A stretch of 64,000 nt of DNA from an uncultured Methanoregulaceae archaeon (lineage in GTDB: Archaea; Halobacteriota; Methanomicrobia; Methanomicrobiales; Methanospirillaceae): contig CAVTTL010000001.1 in NCBI GenBank assembly GCA_963737635.1, forward strand, positions 1,792,001 to 1,856,000, read 5' to 3'. Positions 39,360-50,989 of this stretch are shown one piece after another (position 1 is the first letter of the stretch; every line of letters starts with the position of its first letter). The notes under the pieces are model-generated. The model was not told the DNA's origin. It saw only the letters and a program-made list of their open reading frames with translations, and did not search any database. The translations under genes were made by a program, and so were the position numbers.

Positions 39360-41969
39360 TTAGTTGATAGTAAGACCCTGTTCAACTGCGGTGTCTGATA
39401 CATCAAAGGTGGTAGTAGTTCCTTCAATCCGGTATGGGCCGGTTGCCTTCACATCGGTTTTGTTTCCGGTTGTTGCATAGGGCACAACGAATTCCCCATT
39501 TACACTCTGTTGCCGGTAAGTGAAGTTCCTTCCCGTGTTGGTGACCAGCGGGACATCAATGATACCGGATCCTTTGATATGGGCACCTTTGACGTACTCG
39601 AAAATCTTGACATACTGTATCTCCGTAGTATTGGAGCTGAACGCCGTTGTGGGTGATTCGTGAATAAGACGGTAGTGCTGCAGTGCCGGAATATCGGTAA
39701 GCGGTAACCAACATTGAATATTCACCGCAACGGCATGATAACCAGGCTGCGCACCCTGATTGTATTGTGCAGCAGCGCTTATAGCGTCAGATGCGTTCAT
39801 TTCCCTGTCATTGACAAGCTCAGGAAGCGACGTCTGGGTAATCGACGGATCCGAATACTCAACATAATATGCAGAACCCGCTGAAACCATCGAACCGTCG
39901 AAGTTATGGAGTCGGGAGATCATGGTGGGGTAGTACGATGGCTCGTTGAGTACTACGGAATCGTATACATTGGGATCTGAAGGACTTGGGGTAAGCAGCG
40001 TCAACTGGTAGGTTCCGGGAGTTGCGGTGGCATTCATAAGGTTGTACCAGGTTGACATCGCGTAAAATTTTCCGGTATCCATCTCGACATCGGTGATAAC
40101 ATACCGGGTCCCATCATGGTCCAGAATTGCATTTGCAATATCTTCCGAAGGCGCCATGAAATATGCGGCGGACCCATTGGGTCCGGTGACCCCAGCCTGG
40201 AAGGGATTGGCATTGGGAATCCTGTGGGCAATGTAAGTTATCATGTGGCCGTAATCCCACCATGACATCACCCCGTAGGAGGTATTAGGGTAAGCAAACG
40301 TGCTTTTGTCATAGATCGCATAATAATTCACGCCAGTGTCAGGAGTGTTATTCGCCATCCATGAAAGCGACTCCTTCCAGTCCGGATTGATACCACCGGT
40401 ATCACTGGCCGAGAGTTCATAGTTTGTCATGACTGAAGTGAGGATGAAAAGTACAGCAAGGATGACCGCAACGAGGAAAATAATCGTGGCCGGCCACCCA
40501 TCATAGCTGGGGGCAGATTTCCTTGCTTTTGCAGATTTACGTCCTTTCTTTTCCCGTTTTACCGGTTCGCGGGTCGCTTCTTCTGGAGAACTACCGTCAA
40601 ACAAGGCACGGAGCCTGTTAAACACCGGCCCTGAGCCATAGTACCAGGCAGTCCCAAGGCAGATAGCCGAGAGGAGAGCGATATTGACGGCAAAATAATA
40701 CTCGTACTTGATCCGCTGGATAGTACAGATTAACATGGCAACGGACCAGATGAGAACGAATACCTCTCCCTGCTCCTCCTTTTTAATGGTCTGCCATATA
40801 AGCACTAGGATACCACCGGCGGCAAGGATCAGGCCGAAATTGAAGGTTGACCATGCCCGGGCCAGGCTCCAGGGAATATCTTCTTCAACGGTCGAGATGA
40901 TGGGCGCCTGGCCGAAGAATCCCGCAATGCCATTGGTGAACTCAGAGAACAATGCCGGGAACAAGAGAGCAAGCACCACTGAGAACAGGATGGCGATCCC
41001 GGCAAGCGATGCGATGTAATAATATTTTTTCTTGTCTTTGAGGTAATCTGACCAGAGATAAAGGAAGATGGCGGCTGCAATGAGAAGACCGTATGCAAGA
41101 ATTGGCCCCAATGTATAACGGGAGAGATCCAGCCCGGTATCCTTGAAGCCGAACAGTAAAAGGCAGATTATGACAACCCCGAACACTACGGTATTGACGA
41201 GGGCGAGATACAGGTTTGAAATGGACCGGTGATGATTGACTACTGCCTGGACAAAGATAAAAACAGCAGTAATAAGGGCAAAGACAATCATGGTCTCGAT
41301 GTTAAGCAATCCTACAAAGAATGCAATGCCGGAAAGGAAAGAGAACAAGAGAATTTCCTTGTAGGTTGAGAGATCGGCAAGCACGATTTTTGTCTTTTTT
41401 GCCTTGAGTAAGGTATAGAGATAGATAAGACAGAAAAGCGAACTGAACAGGGTTTCACCGATATGATGGTACAGGGATCCGTACATCGAACGGAAGAAAA
41501 ACTGTCCAGATACTGCGGATATCATAAATGCAGCAAACAGACCGGTCTTCCAGTCAGCAACCGTTTTTCCCAGCCAGTACATGACAAATACCATTGCCAC
41601 CGCTTCCAGAACAGGAATAAAGAGCGCGACGGTAATGATCTCGGACGGGGTTGTTGCATGGACTATAATTGCTGCGATGGAACAAAGATATGTCAAAAGT
41701 GGTCCCCAATATACCGTTGACCCAACGGGATACTGGGTCATCGGGTCGAACCACGCGTAGTTTGGGAAATTTGCAAGCGTCAGATCGATCTGGCGAAGGG
41801 CATACATAGGGTCATCGGGCTGGACAAGATTGAACACATCGCCATTACCGAGATTAAGCAACGGAATAATCCGAAGCCAGAACATAAATACGGATGAGAT
41901 GACGAGGAGTGCAAGGATAATATAAGTCCGGTGTTTTGGGTTGTCAAACAGTTCCACCGATTTCACCAC
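39360..41969 (-). CDS. aglB: Oligosaccharyltransferase (STT3 family)
   Basis: Multi-TM N-terminal half with DD, TVEE and SWWDYGH motifs; ANPFQ; DVEMDTGK. Confidence 0.95.
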   Translation of the reverse strand: MVKSVELFDNPKHRTYIILALLVISSVFMFWLRIIPLLNLGNGDVFNLVQPDDPMYALRQIDLTLANFPNYAWFDPMTQYPVGSTVYWGPLLTYLCSIAAIIVHATTPSEIITVALFIPVLEAVAMVFVMYWLGKTVADWKTGLFAAFMISAVSGQFFFRSMYGSLYHHIGETLFSSLFCLIYLYTLLKAKKTKIVLADLSTYKEILLFSFLSGIAFFVGLLNIETMIVFALITAVFIFVQAVVNHHRSISNLYLALVNTVVFGVVIICLLLFGFKDTGLDLSRYTLGPILAYGLLIAAAIFLYLWSDYLKDKKKYYYIASLAGIAILFSVVLALLFPALFSEFTNGIAGFFGQAPIISTVEEDIPWSLARAWSTFNFGLILAAGGILVLIWQTIKKEEQGEVFVLIWSVAMLICTIQRIKYEYYFAVNIALLSAICLGTAWYYGSGPVFNRLRALFDGSSPEEATREPVKREKKGRKSAKARKSAPSYDGWPATIIFLVAVILAVLFILTSVMTNYELSASDTGGINPDWKESLSWMANNTPDTGVNYYAIYDKSTFAYPNTSYGVMSWWDYGHMITYIAHRIPNANPFQAGVTGPNGSAAYFMAPSEDIANAILDHDGTRYVITDVEMDTGKFYAMSTWYNLMNATATPGTYQLTLLTPSPSDPNVYDSVVLNEPSYYPTMISRLHNFDGSMVSAGSAYYVEYSDPSITQTSLPELVNDREMNASDAISAAAQYNQGAQPGYHAVAVNIQCWLPLTDIPALQHYRLIHESPTTAFSSNTTEIQYVKIFEYVKGAHIKGSGIIDVPLVTNTGRNFTYRQQSVNGEFVVPYATTGNKTDVKATGPYRIEGTTTTFDVSDTAVEQGLTIN

Positions 41970-42130
41970 ACATCTGAAAATGGTCTTATTTTACTCATGG
42001 ATAAGGCTACTTATGGGTGAAGTCCTGCGTAAGGGTACCTTTCCGGTTAACCAAAAGGTAAAAAGTATTGAGCGATATGGTTTTTTGAAACATCTGATAA
42101 AAAACTCGGAAAGAAACTACAATAAAATGA

Positions 42131-43258
42131 TTATTTCTTCCCTTTTTTCTTTCCCATAATACCGGAGAAGATACCGCCTGCTTTGATGTCGTGGCCCTCA
42201 AGTTCGGCAATTTTCTGGTAGAGATCCTTTATCTCGCCGGACACTCCTTTGGGGGTAACGATCTTTACCCGGATAAGGAGATCGCCATGTTTCCCGCGCC
42301 TCTTGACCCCTTCACCGGCAATCCGGAGCGCCGTGTTATACTGGATGCCGGCCGGAACTTTCAGATCGATGTGACGTTTGTCAATTGTTTCGATCTCAAT
42401 AGTGGTTCCAAGAACGCCAAGCGCCGGGGTAATCTCGATCACGGTCTCGAGGTTGTCACCGATGCGTTCAAACCGTGGGTGAGGAAGCACATACATTTCG
42501 ATGAAGAGATCCCCTTTTGGCGCACCATAATCTCCTGCTTCACCGTAGCCTTCCATTCTCAGGCGCATCCCGCTGTCAACCCCGGCAGGGATATGAACCG
42601 TGACCCTGCGTTTGATCCGGGTGTGTCCCGAGCCGTGGCACTCACGGCATTGCCGCTCCGGGATCTTGCCCCTGCCGCCGCACATAGTACAGGAAGTCAT
42701 GCGAACGAACTGGCCAAACACGGACTGCTGGGTCTGGCGCATCTGCCCGCTTCCGCCACAACGGGGGCAGACGTTGGTCTTTTTTGTTTCACTTCCCGAT
42801 CCACCGCACGTAGCGCAGGCTTCGCTATGCAGAACCTCGATCTCTTTATCAGTACCGGCAACCGCTTCCTCAAGCGTTATCTGCATACGCATCAGGAGAT
42901 CGGCGCCGGGCTGAGGGCCGGACCTGCGCTGGCTCCCGCCAAAGAAGTCGAAAATATCCCCAAAACCTGAAAAGTCAGATGAGAAGCCTCCACTACCGGC
43001 ACCGCCCGCGCCGGTATAGGATCCTTTCGAGGCATTGGTAAACGTCTCGTGGCCCATATTATCGTACTGTGCCCGCTTCTGGGCATCAGAGAGAACGCTG
43101 TACGCCTCGTTTATAGACTTAAACTTCTCTTCTGCTCCCGGGTCCTTACAAACATCCGGGTGGTATTTCCGGGCGAGGTTGCGATAGGCCTTCTGGATCT
43201 CTTTCTCGTCGGCAGTTCTCGGTACTCCGAGGGTGTCATAGTAATCGCCCGATACCAT
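42131..43258 (-). CDS. dnaJ: Chaperone DnaJ
   Basis: J domain with HPD, G/F-rich region, four CxxCxGxG repeats. Confidence 0.97.
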   Translation of the reverse strand: MVSGDYYDTLGVPRTADEKEIQKAYRNLARKYHPDVCKDPGAEEKFKSINEAYSVLSDAQKRAQYDNMGHETFTNASKGSYTGAGGAGSGGFSSDFSGFGDIFDFFGGSQRRSGPQPGADLLMRMQITLEEAVAGTDKEIEVLHSEACATCGGSGSETKKTNVCPRCGGSGQMRQTQQSVFGQFVRMTSCTMCGGRGKIPERQCRECHGSGHTRIKRRVTVHIPAGVDSGMRLRMEGYGEAGDYGAPKGDLFIEMYVLPHPRFERIGDNLETVIEITPALGVLGTTIEIETIDKRHIDLKVPAGIQYNTALRIAGEGVKRRGKHGDLLIRVKIVTPKGVSGEIKDLYQKIAELEGHDIKAGGIFSGIMGKKKGKK

Positions 43259-43264
43259 TTATGT

Positions 43265-45131
43265 TCACTCGTCTTTGACTTTGTAGTCTGCGTTGACAAC
43301 GTTGTCGTCGGAAGTCTTTTCCGGTTCGGACGCTGACGGGCCGGAACCGCCTTCCGGCTGGCTCCCTGGCTGCTGTGCCGTTTGTTCAGCCTGCATCTTC
43401 TGGTAGATCTTTGTGGTCGCTGCGTAGACTGCCTCAGTCAGTGTCTCCATGGATTTCTTGATCTCGTCCGGGTTATCCCCGGAAAGGGCGGTCTTTGCCG
43501 CAGTGACGCCTTCTTCGATTTTCTGCTTATCTGCTGCATCGAGTTTGTCGCCGCTCTCCTTGATCATCTTTTCTGCCGTAAAGACTGCCGTGTCTGCCTG
43601 GTTACGAATCTCAATCTCGTCCCTCTTTTTCTTGTCTTCGGCTTCGAACTGTTTTGCGGCGTTCATCATCTTTTTGATATCTTCATCGGAGAGTTTCTTG
43701 TCTCCTTTGATGGAGATTGCCTGCTCATTACCCGTCCCGAGATCCTTTGCTGATACATGGATGATACCGTTCGAATCGATGTCAAAGGTGACTTCGATCT
43801 GCGGGATACCACGGGGGGCCGGTGGGATTCCGGTAAGCTGGAACTTACCCAGCGTGAAGTTATCCTTTGCAAGGGCGCGTTCACCCTGAACGACGTGGAT
43901 CTCGACACTGGTCTGACCATCGGCCGCGGTCGAGAAGATCTGGCTTTTGCGGGTAGGGATAGTGGTATTACGTTCGATGAGTTTGGTCGCAATTCCCCCC
44001 AGAGTCTCAATACCGAGTGTGAGCGGGGTCACATCGAGAAGCACGATATCTTTTGTCTCACCGGTCAGGTACAGCACCCTGAATACCGGCGCCCAGCGCC
44101 ACGCATTCATCAGGGTTGATACCCTTATCAGGTTCTTTTCCCAGCAGTTTCTTTACGGTTTCCTGCACAAGTGGGACCCGGGTGGATCCACCGACAAGAA
44201 GAACGTGGTCAATATCCTTTGGCTCAAGCTTTGCATCGCTGAGAGCCTGCTTGACCGGGCCCTCGGTCGAAGCGACGAGATCACCGATCAACTGTTCAAG
44301 TTTTGAACGGGAGAGATCGATATTGAGGAATTTCGGTCCGGTAGCATCCGTCGTGATGTACGGCAGGTTGATATTCGTCGTCTGACGCTGGGAGAGTTCG
44401 ATCTTTGCATTCTCAGACGCATCGCGCAGGCGCTGCATGGCATAGATATCGTTTTTGAGGTCAATGCCCTCCTTCTTTTTGAATTCATCGACGAGATAAT
44501 CAGTCACCAGTTTGTCGAAATCGTCTCCGCCGAGATGGTTGTTGCCCGCAGTAGACTTAACCTCGAACACGCCATCTCCCATCGTAAGAATGGAGACATC
44601 AAATGTCCCGCCGCCAAGATCGTAGACGAGAACCGTTACATCATGCTCCTTGTCAATACCATACGCGAGAGCGCTTGCCGTCGGTTCATTGATAATACGT
44701 AAGACCTCAAGGCCGGCAATCTTTCCTGCATCTTTCGTGGCCTGTCTCTGTGCATCGTTGAAGTAAGCGGGTACGGTAATGACTGCCTTGGTGATCTTTT
44801 CCCCGAGGTACGCCTCAGCATCAACTTTTAGTTTCTGGAGGATCATCGCGGAGATTTCCTGAGGCGTGTAATCCTTATCGCCAATTTTTACTTTCTCGGA
44901 TGTTCCCATCTTCCGCTTGATGGACTGGATGGTACGCTGGGGGTTAGTCACAGCCTGGCGTTTTGCAAGGCTTCCGACCAGGCGCTCCCCATCTTTGGTA
45001 AAAGCAACAACAGACGGGGTTGTTCGGGCTCCTTCACTGTTAGGTATAACGATGGGTTTACCCGCCTCCATGATCGACATGCAGGAGAAGGTGGTCCCAA
45101 GGTCGATACCCAGAATTTTCTCGTTTGCCAT
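43265..45131 (-). CDS. dnaK: Chaperone DnaK (Hsp70), apparent frameshift at ~44068
   Basis: [33 protein letters not shown]; downstream ORF has [13 protein letters not shown] and [18 protein letters not shown]. Confidence 0.97.
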
Positions 45132-45170
45132 ATGAATCAATCCTCTTTTTATCGGCTCATTTTTTATTAT

Positions 45171-45710
45171 TCAAATATCCATTTCATCGTGCGATGTGTT
45201 TCCTTTGGATACTGCGACTTTTGCGAACCGGATCACTTTGTCGTGCATCCGGTACCCGGGAGACAAGACATCAACCACTGTTCCTTCTGTTTCATCAGAG
45301 GGAATATGCGCGACTGCCTCGTGTACACCGGGATCAAACGACTTCTTTAGTGCATCTATGGGCGAAATACCCTGTCGTGCAAGAATCCCGCCAAGCAGCT
45401 GGTGGATCTGTTCCACACCGGTACGGAGATGATCATCGTCAGCTTTGAGTGCCCGGTCCAGATTATCCACGACTTCAAGGATGTCAACGGCCAATCGCTC
45501 GTTTGCACGTTGCACCAGAGCTTCGTGGTCCCGGGTGGTCCGCTTACGGTAATTGTCGAAATCTGCTGCAAGCCTGAGGTACCGGTCGTTTAAATCCTCA
45601 CACCGCTTTTTCTGCTCCGCGAGTTCGTCACGCGACTGAGGCGGCGATACCGGAATCTCCGGCGATGCTTCATTATCGTCGTGCACTGGAGTAGAATCGT
45701 GATCTTCCAT
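45171..45710 (-). CDS. grpE: Nucleotide exchange factor GrpE
   Basis: YLRLAADFDNYRKR, FDPGVHEAV, GYRMHDKVIRFAKVAV. Confidence 0.95.
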   Translation of the reverse strand: MEDHDSTPVHDDNEASPEIPVSPPQSRDELAEQKKRCEDLNDRYLRLAADFDNYRKRTTRDHEALVQRANERLAVDILEVVDNLDRALKADDDHLRTGVEQIHQLLGGILARQGISPIDALKKSFDPGVHEAVAHIPSDETEGTVVDVLSPGYRMHDKVIRFAKVAVSKGNTSHDEMDI

Positions 45711-45999
45711 AGTCCATCCCATTCGATGTTCCACTATCTATTGAATTGTGGTTCTATATAATATTTGCGTAAGTACTGCCGACTGTATCTGTGAAATTAA
45801 TGGTTTTTATCGGAAGGATTGGGTCTTGACCGGGAAATCTCTCAAACCGGCCCGGCAAGTGGTTTTACCGGGAAGTCATAGGGCTCGGCAACTATTAGGT
45901 ACAGGATACCTGTTGATCTTATACAATCGCCTTTGGTTATCCGGGATTTCCGGTCATTTTGCATACCTTTTTTTGGCTTTGCTCCGCATACACTACACC

Positions 46000-47484
46000 A
46001 TGAAATGGGCGCTTCTTTCAGTATGGGATAAATCCGGTGTCGTTGAGCTGGCACAGGAGCTGGTCAAAAACAAATTCAGTATCCTGAGCTCCGGAGGGAC
46101 CGGCACAACACTTGCCGGGGCGGGAGTCCCTTTTACCGAAGTGTCGAGTTATACTGGTTTTCCGGAAATGATGGACGGAAGAGTCAAAACGCTTCACCCT
46201 AAAGTCCACGGAGGTCTCCTGGGACGCCGCCACATCGACGATGCGGTCATGACAAAATACGGGATCAACCGTATCGATCTGCTGGTTGTGAACCTGTACC
46301 CCTTTGAGCGCATGGCGAGCGGATCGATGGTGCTCGACAAGATTATCGAATATATCGATGTAGGAGGGCCGGCCATGATCCGGGCTGCGGCAAAGAATTT
46401 CAAGGATGTGGCGGTGGTTGTCGACCCTGCAGATTACCCTTCAGTGATCAAAACCATCAGCGATGCCGGCTTTTCCCAGGAACAGCGGCTGATGCTGGCC
46501 AAAAAGGCATTCGCCCGGACCGCTGCTTACGATGCTGCTATCAGTAATTACCTTTCGAATCTTGATATGACGTTTCCTCCCACCCTTTCCCTCCAGTATA
46601 CCAACGGGCGGATGCTTAGGTACGGTGAGAACCCGCACCAGCAGGCTGCGGTTTATGGTACTGCCGGTGTCGCGGCTGCGGAACCTCTCCAGGGCAAACA
46701 GATGTCCTATAACAACTATCTCGACGTTAATGCAGGCACATCCCTGTTAGCAGAATTTGAAGAACCTGCAGCCGTGATTGTCAAGCACAACAATCCCTGT
46801 GGGGTCTCTATCGGTACCGATGTTCTTGACGCATACCTGACTGCGCGCGAAGTCGACCCGTCATCAGCGTACGGCTCGGTAGTTTCCCTGAACCGTGAAG
46901 TAGACAAAGAATGCGCAGAAGAGATCAATTCAACCTTTGTTGAGGTTGTGGTAGCACCATCATTCACCAAGAATGCGCTTAACACTATGAAAGCAAAAGA
47001 GAATATGCGGGTGCTCCTCCTCCCGGAACGGGTAAATGCCGATGAAGTACGCACTATCGATGGCGGTATTCTTATTCAGAGGACCGCTCCTTACCAGGAA
47101 AATTGGAAAGTAATCACCGATCGCGATCCTACTACAGATGAGATGCAGGCTCTGCGAATCGCCTGGAAAGTCTGTAAGCACACCAAGAGTAACTCGATTA
47201 TCTTTGCTGACCAGAAGCGCACCCTCGGTATCGGAGCCGGGCAGATGAGCAGGGTGGACTCAGCAAGGATTGCAATCGAGAAAGCCTGTGCATCGCTTTC
47301 AGGCTCCGCCGTTGCTTCAGATGCATTCCTTCCCTTCCCGGATACTCTGGAGGTTGCGGCAGAAGCCGGTGCCACTGCGCTTGTGCAGCCCGGAGGATCC
47401 ATCCGGGACAAAGAGGTCACCGAAGTTGCAAACAAGCTGAATGTAGCGATGGTGTTTACCGGGGTGAGGTATTTCAGACACTGA
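46000..47484 (+). CDS. purH: Bifunctional AICAR transformylase/IMP cyclohydrolase
   Basis: MKWALLSVWDK, GRVKTLHP, IDVGGP, LRYGENPHQ, KHNNPCG, SDAFLPF, QPGGS, TGVRYFRH; start at ATG 46000. Confidence 0.95.
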   Translation: MKWALLSVWDKSGVVELAQELVKNKFSILSSGGTGTTLAGAGVPFTEVSSYTGFPEMMDGRVKTLHPKVHGGLLGRRHIDDAVMTKYGINRIDLLVVNLYPFERMASGSMVLDKIIEYIDVGGPAMIRAAAKNFKDVAVVVDPADYPSVIKTISDAGFSQEQRLMLAKKAFARTAAYDAAISNYLSNLDMTFPPTLSLQYTNGRMLRYGENPHQQAAVYGTAGVAAAEPLQGKQMSYNNYLDVNAGTSLLAEFEEPAAVIVKHNNPCGVSIGTDVLDAYLTAREVDPSSAYGSVVSLNREVDKECAEEINSTFVEVVVAPSFTKNALNTMKAKENMRVLLLPERVNADEVRTIDGGILIQRTAPYQENWKVITDRDPTTDEMQALRIAWKVCKHTKSNSIIFADQKRTLGIGAGQMSRVDSARIAIEKACASLSGSAVASDAFLPFPDTLEVAAEAGATALVQPGGSIRDKEVTEVANKLNVAMVFTGVRYFRH

Positions 47485-47599
47485 TAATTTTTTGATCTTT
47501 TTTGTTTTTAAGCCGAATTTTGAAATATCTATTTATTCTGCGAAGTTATTATAACCCATATATATCGTTTGTGGCTTGTATGGTCACGAGGTGAATGAA

Positions 47600-48286
47600 A
47601 TGGATTATGGAACTCTGATCGGGAACTCCTATACCTACGTAAAAGAGGGTGTTATCGACAAGGTGAACAACTGGCTGCTGTTGATGGTTGCCACGCTTAT
47701 CCTGACCATCCCCCTGATGGGATATATCCTCAATGTGTACCGTGGAACAAATCCTGCCCCTGAAGTTGAAAACTGGATTAAGATTTTCGTTGACGGCATT
47801 CTTCTTCTGATTATCGGGGTAATCTACGCCATTCCGGTCATTATCCTTGAACTACTCATTGTAGGCACAGCCCTTGTATCAACGATGGGAAGAAACCCGG
47901 CAGCTATGATGACCGGTATAGCAGGTGCTGGCATTCTTGCAGTTCTCCTGATAGTTGTTGCCATCATCATCGCCATCATCTCACCTATCGGCTTCATCCG
48001 GTTTGCACGAACGGGAAACGTTGGCGAAGCCTTCAATTTCGGCCAGATTATTGCCACTATAAAAAAGATTGGCTGGCTCAACTACATCCTTGCACTTATC
48101 GTTGTTGCTATTGTAGTCGGCATACCCTCCCTCATTCTCTGGGTCATCATTGCAGGACTCGTGCTTGCATTGTCAATTGTGGGGTTGGTTATCGCCGCTA
48201 TCCTCCTGCTTGTCGTCCTCCCGGTTCTCGCAGTATTCGAAGCACGGTACCTCACCCAGGTTTACGACAGTGTCGGGACCGCATAA
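47600..48286 (+). CDS. DUF4013-like membrane protein, paralog 1
   Basis: SYTYVKEG...PLMGYILNVYRG..PAPE...W...FVDG, RFARTG.VGEAFNF. Confidence 0.78.
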   Translation: MDYGTLIGNSYTYVKEGVIDKVNNWLLLMVATLILTIPLMGYILNVYRGTNPAPEVENWIKIFVDGILLLIIGVIYAIPVIILELLIVGTALVSTMGRNPAAMMTGIAGAGILAVLLIVVAIIIAIISPIGFIRFARTGNVGEAFNFGQIIATIKKIGWLNYILALIVVAIVVGIPSLILWVIIAGLVLALSIVGLVIAAILLLVVLPVLAVFEARYLTQVYDSVGTA

Positions 48287-48381
48287 TATTTTTCATAGTG
48301 ATGTAGGAATCGTTCCTGTCGTTTTTTGACAAGATATTCTTTTAACGTTCGCATCCTAACGCTACAGAATACGTGATAGGT

Positions 48382-49146
48382 ATGGAATTCGGTACGATGC
48401 TTGAAGATTCATTCTCCTATGCAAAGGAGGGTGTGTGGGGACAATGGAAACGCTGGCTGCTCCTGATAGTCAGCCTGATTATTTTCCCGTTGATTCTCGG
48501 GTACGTGGTACGGATTTACCGTGGGGAGAAACCGGCCCCCGAATTGACCGAATGGGGCAGGATGTTTATCGACGGGCTTAAACTTCTCGTCGTAAGCGTG
48601 GTCTATGCCCTCCCCATCATCCTGCTCGTGGTGGCGGCGTTTCTTCCGCTGGTCTCTGCATTCGTATCCTCGGGAGGATATGCGATGGACTTTGCGACCA
48701 TGACCCAGGCCCAGACTCAACAATGGCTGACGTCCCATCCGCAGCTGATGTCTGCAGCTGTTTCGATGGCCGCCATTCTGATCGTGGCAGGACTTGTCGC
48801 TATTGTGATAACCATCTTCTCGTTTATCGGGACCGTCAGATTTGCAAGGACCGGGAAGATTGGCGAAGGATTCAACTTTTCGGCGATCCTTGCCACGATC
48901 GGTAGGATCGGCTGGTTAAGTTATATCGCTGCGTTAATCATCATCGGCATTATCGGCATCATCTTGTGGATGATTGTCCACATCCTCAGTTTCATCCCGG
49001 TCTGTGGCGGGGTCCTCTTCCTGATCGCTGCCCTCATCCTGTATCCGCCCTTTATCCTCTTTGTAAGCAGGTATGCGGCGCTTGTGTACGAACACGGGGA
49101 ACCTGCGGCACCGGCCAGACAGCCGGTAACCCCGGAAACTCCCTGA
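48382..49146 (+). CDS. DUF4013-like membrane protein, paralog 2
   Basis: Same motifs as the upstream gene (SFSYAKEG, GYVVRIYRG, RFARTGKIGEGFNF). Confidence 0.78.
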   Translation: MEFGTMLEDSFSYAKEGVWGQWKRWLLLIVSLIIFPLILGYVVRIYRGEKPAPELTEWGRMFIDGLKLLVVSVVYALPIILLVVAAFLPLVSAFVSSGGYAMDFATMTQAQTQQWLTSHPQLMSAAVSMAAILIVAGLVAIVITIFSFIGTVRFARTGKIGEGFNFSAILATIGRIGWLSYIAALIIIGIIGIILWMIVHILSFIPVCGGVLFLIAALILYPPFILFVSRYAALVYEHGEPAAPARQPVTPETP

Positions 49147-49222
49147 ACTTTCTTGAGTCAAAAGGGTTGTCAGGAAACCATTTGCCCGACGCCGGAAAAA
49201 TACGTGTTTCCTGATCAGCCGG

Positions 49223-50877
49223 CTATCGCTGCACTGCGCCAAGATTTGCCTGTTCCACGGTCTTTGCGTACCGGGCAAGGACACCTGTGAGCGATTTTAC
49301 CGGAGGCTTCCATGTTGCTTTCCGGAATTCAAGCGTTTGGGGATCAACCAGCAGATCGATCGTTCTTGCAAAAAGATCGATTGCTATGCGATCACCATCA
49401 CGTACAAAAGCGATCGGCCCTCCCACTGCCGCCTCCGGGGCGACATGTCCGATACAGGGGCCCCGGTCCCTCCGGAAAAGCGGCCATCAGTAATAAGAAC
49501 AACGTTCTTGTAGCCAACACCCATCAGGGCTGACGTCGCTGAGAGCATCTCCGGCATGCCCGGGCCGCCACGCGGCCCCTCATTTCTGATGATGAGAACG
49601 TCCCCTTCATGGATCTGCCGGGAGAGTATAGCAGCCATCGCAGGCTCCTCTGCATCGAAGACCCGGGCAGGACCCGTGTGTTTCCAAATCTCTTTGGGGA
49701 CAGCGGCAGATTTGACGACCGATCCATCCGGTGCAAGGGATCCAAAGAGAATACGCAGACCGCCTGCGGCGTTTACCGGTGCATGCAGACTCCTGATAAC
49801 TTCCTCATTGTGTATCTCCGCCTCGTCTGCGATCCGGTGAATGGTCACCCCGGAGACCGTGGGACAGTTATCAAGATGCTTTTGAAGTCGTTTGAGAACC
49901 GCAGGAATACCACCGGCACGGTACAGCGCCTGCATTGAATGGGGACCCGCGGGAAGCATGTAACAGATATGCGGGATCTCATCGGCAATACGATTGAAAT
50001 CTTCAAGCGAGAGGGGTACCTCCGCCTCGGTGGCAATCGCCATGAGATGGAGCACGGTGTTAGTGGAACCGCCAAGCGCCATGTCTACCCGGATCGCATT
50101 TTCCAGGCTCTGTTTTGTGACAATGTCACGCGGTGTGACATTCTTTTTTACCAGCGAGATGATAGCCTCGCCACTCTCCCGGGCTATCCGCAGTTTCGCT
50201 GCGTCCACCGCTGGGATTGCTGCGCAGCCGGAGAGAGACAATCCCATGGTCTCGGTCATGCAGGCCATCGTATTTGCGGTATAAAGACCCTGGCAGCTCC
50301 CGCACCCTGGCATGGCGCAGCATTCCATGTCTTTAAGCGATGTCTCATCCATGACTCCTGCAGCGACTTTTCCGACAGCTTCGAACACATCGATAAGCGA
50401 GAGATCTTTTCCGTCCATGCTGCCCGGGAGCATCGCTCCCCCGGTGACCACGACTGTCGGGATATTCGTTCTGACTGCGGCCATGAGCATGCCGGGGACA
50501 ATCTTATCACAAGTGCCGACGCACACAAGGCCGTCGAAACGATGCGCCTGTGCCATAAGTTCGATCGAGTCGGCAATATTCTCCCGCGAGGGAAGCGAAT
50601 ATCTCATTCCCTCATGTCCCATGGCAATCCCGTCACAGATACCAATAACCCCGAATTCAAACGGAACGCCCCCGGCCGCGGCAATGCCTTCACGTACCTT
50701 GTCTGAGAGCTGGCGCAGATGAGTGTGGCCGGGCACAATGGTATTATACGCATTGGCAATTCCGATAAAAGGGAGTTCCATCTCCCGTTCCGTGACACCG
50801 AGCGATCGCAGAAGCGAACGGTTTGGAGCCCGTTCGTACCCCTTCCTGACCTTGTCGCTTCGCATATCCGTCATCAC
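49223..50877 (-). CDS. ilvD: Dihydroxy-acid dehydratase, apparent frameshift at ~49465
   Basis: [42 protein letters not shown](RGPCIGHV). Confidence 0.95.
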
Positions 50878-50989
50878 CTGATGATTGCCCCGCTTGAATC
50901 ATGAATCTGTTGTCGCATTGCGTGTGGTATCCGGTGCAAAGACTGTCCTATCCGAAAAAAAGTGATTATGGTGAGTTCGTGAGTGCCAG

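Noticed and set aside
45780-45999. Canonical ZTP (pfl) riboswitch or CIRCE element in the grpE-purH spacer
   Set aside because: The consensus elements (GACUGGCG/CGCCUGGG; TTAGCACTC-N9-GAGTGCTAA) are absent.
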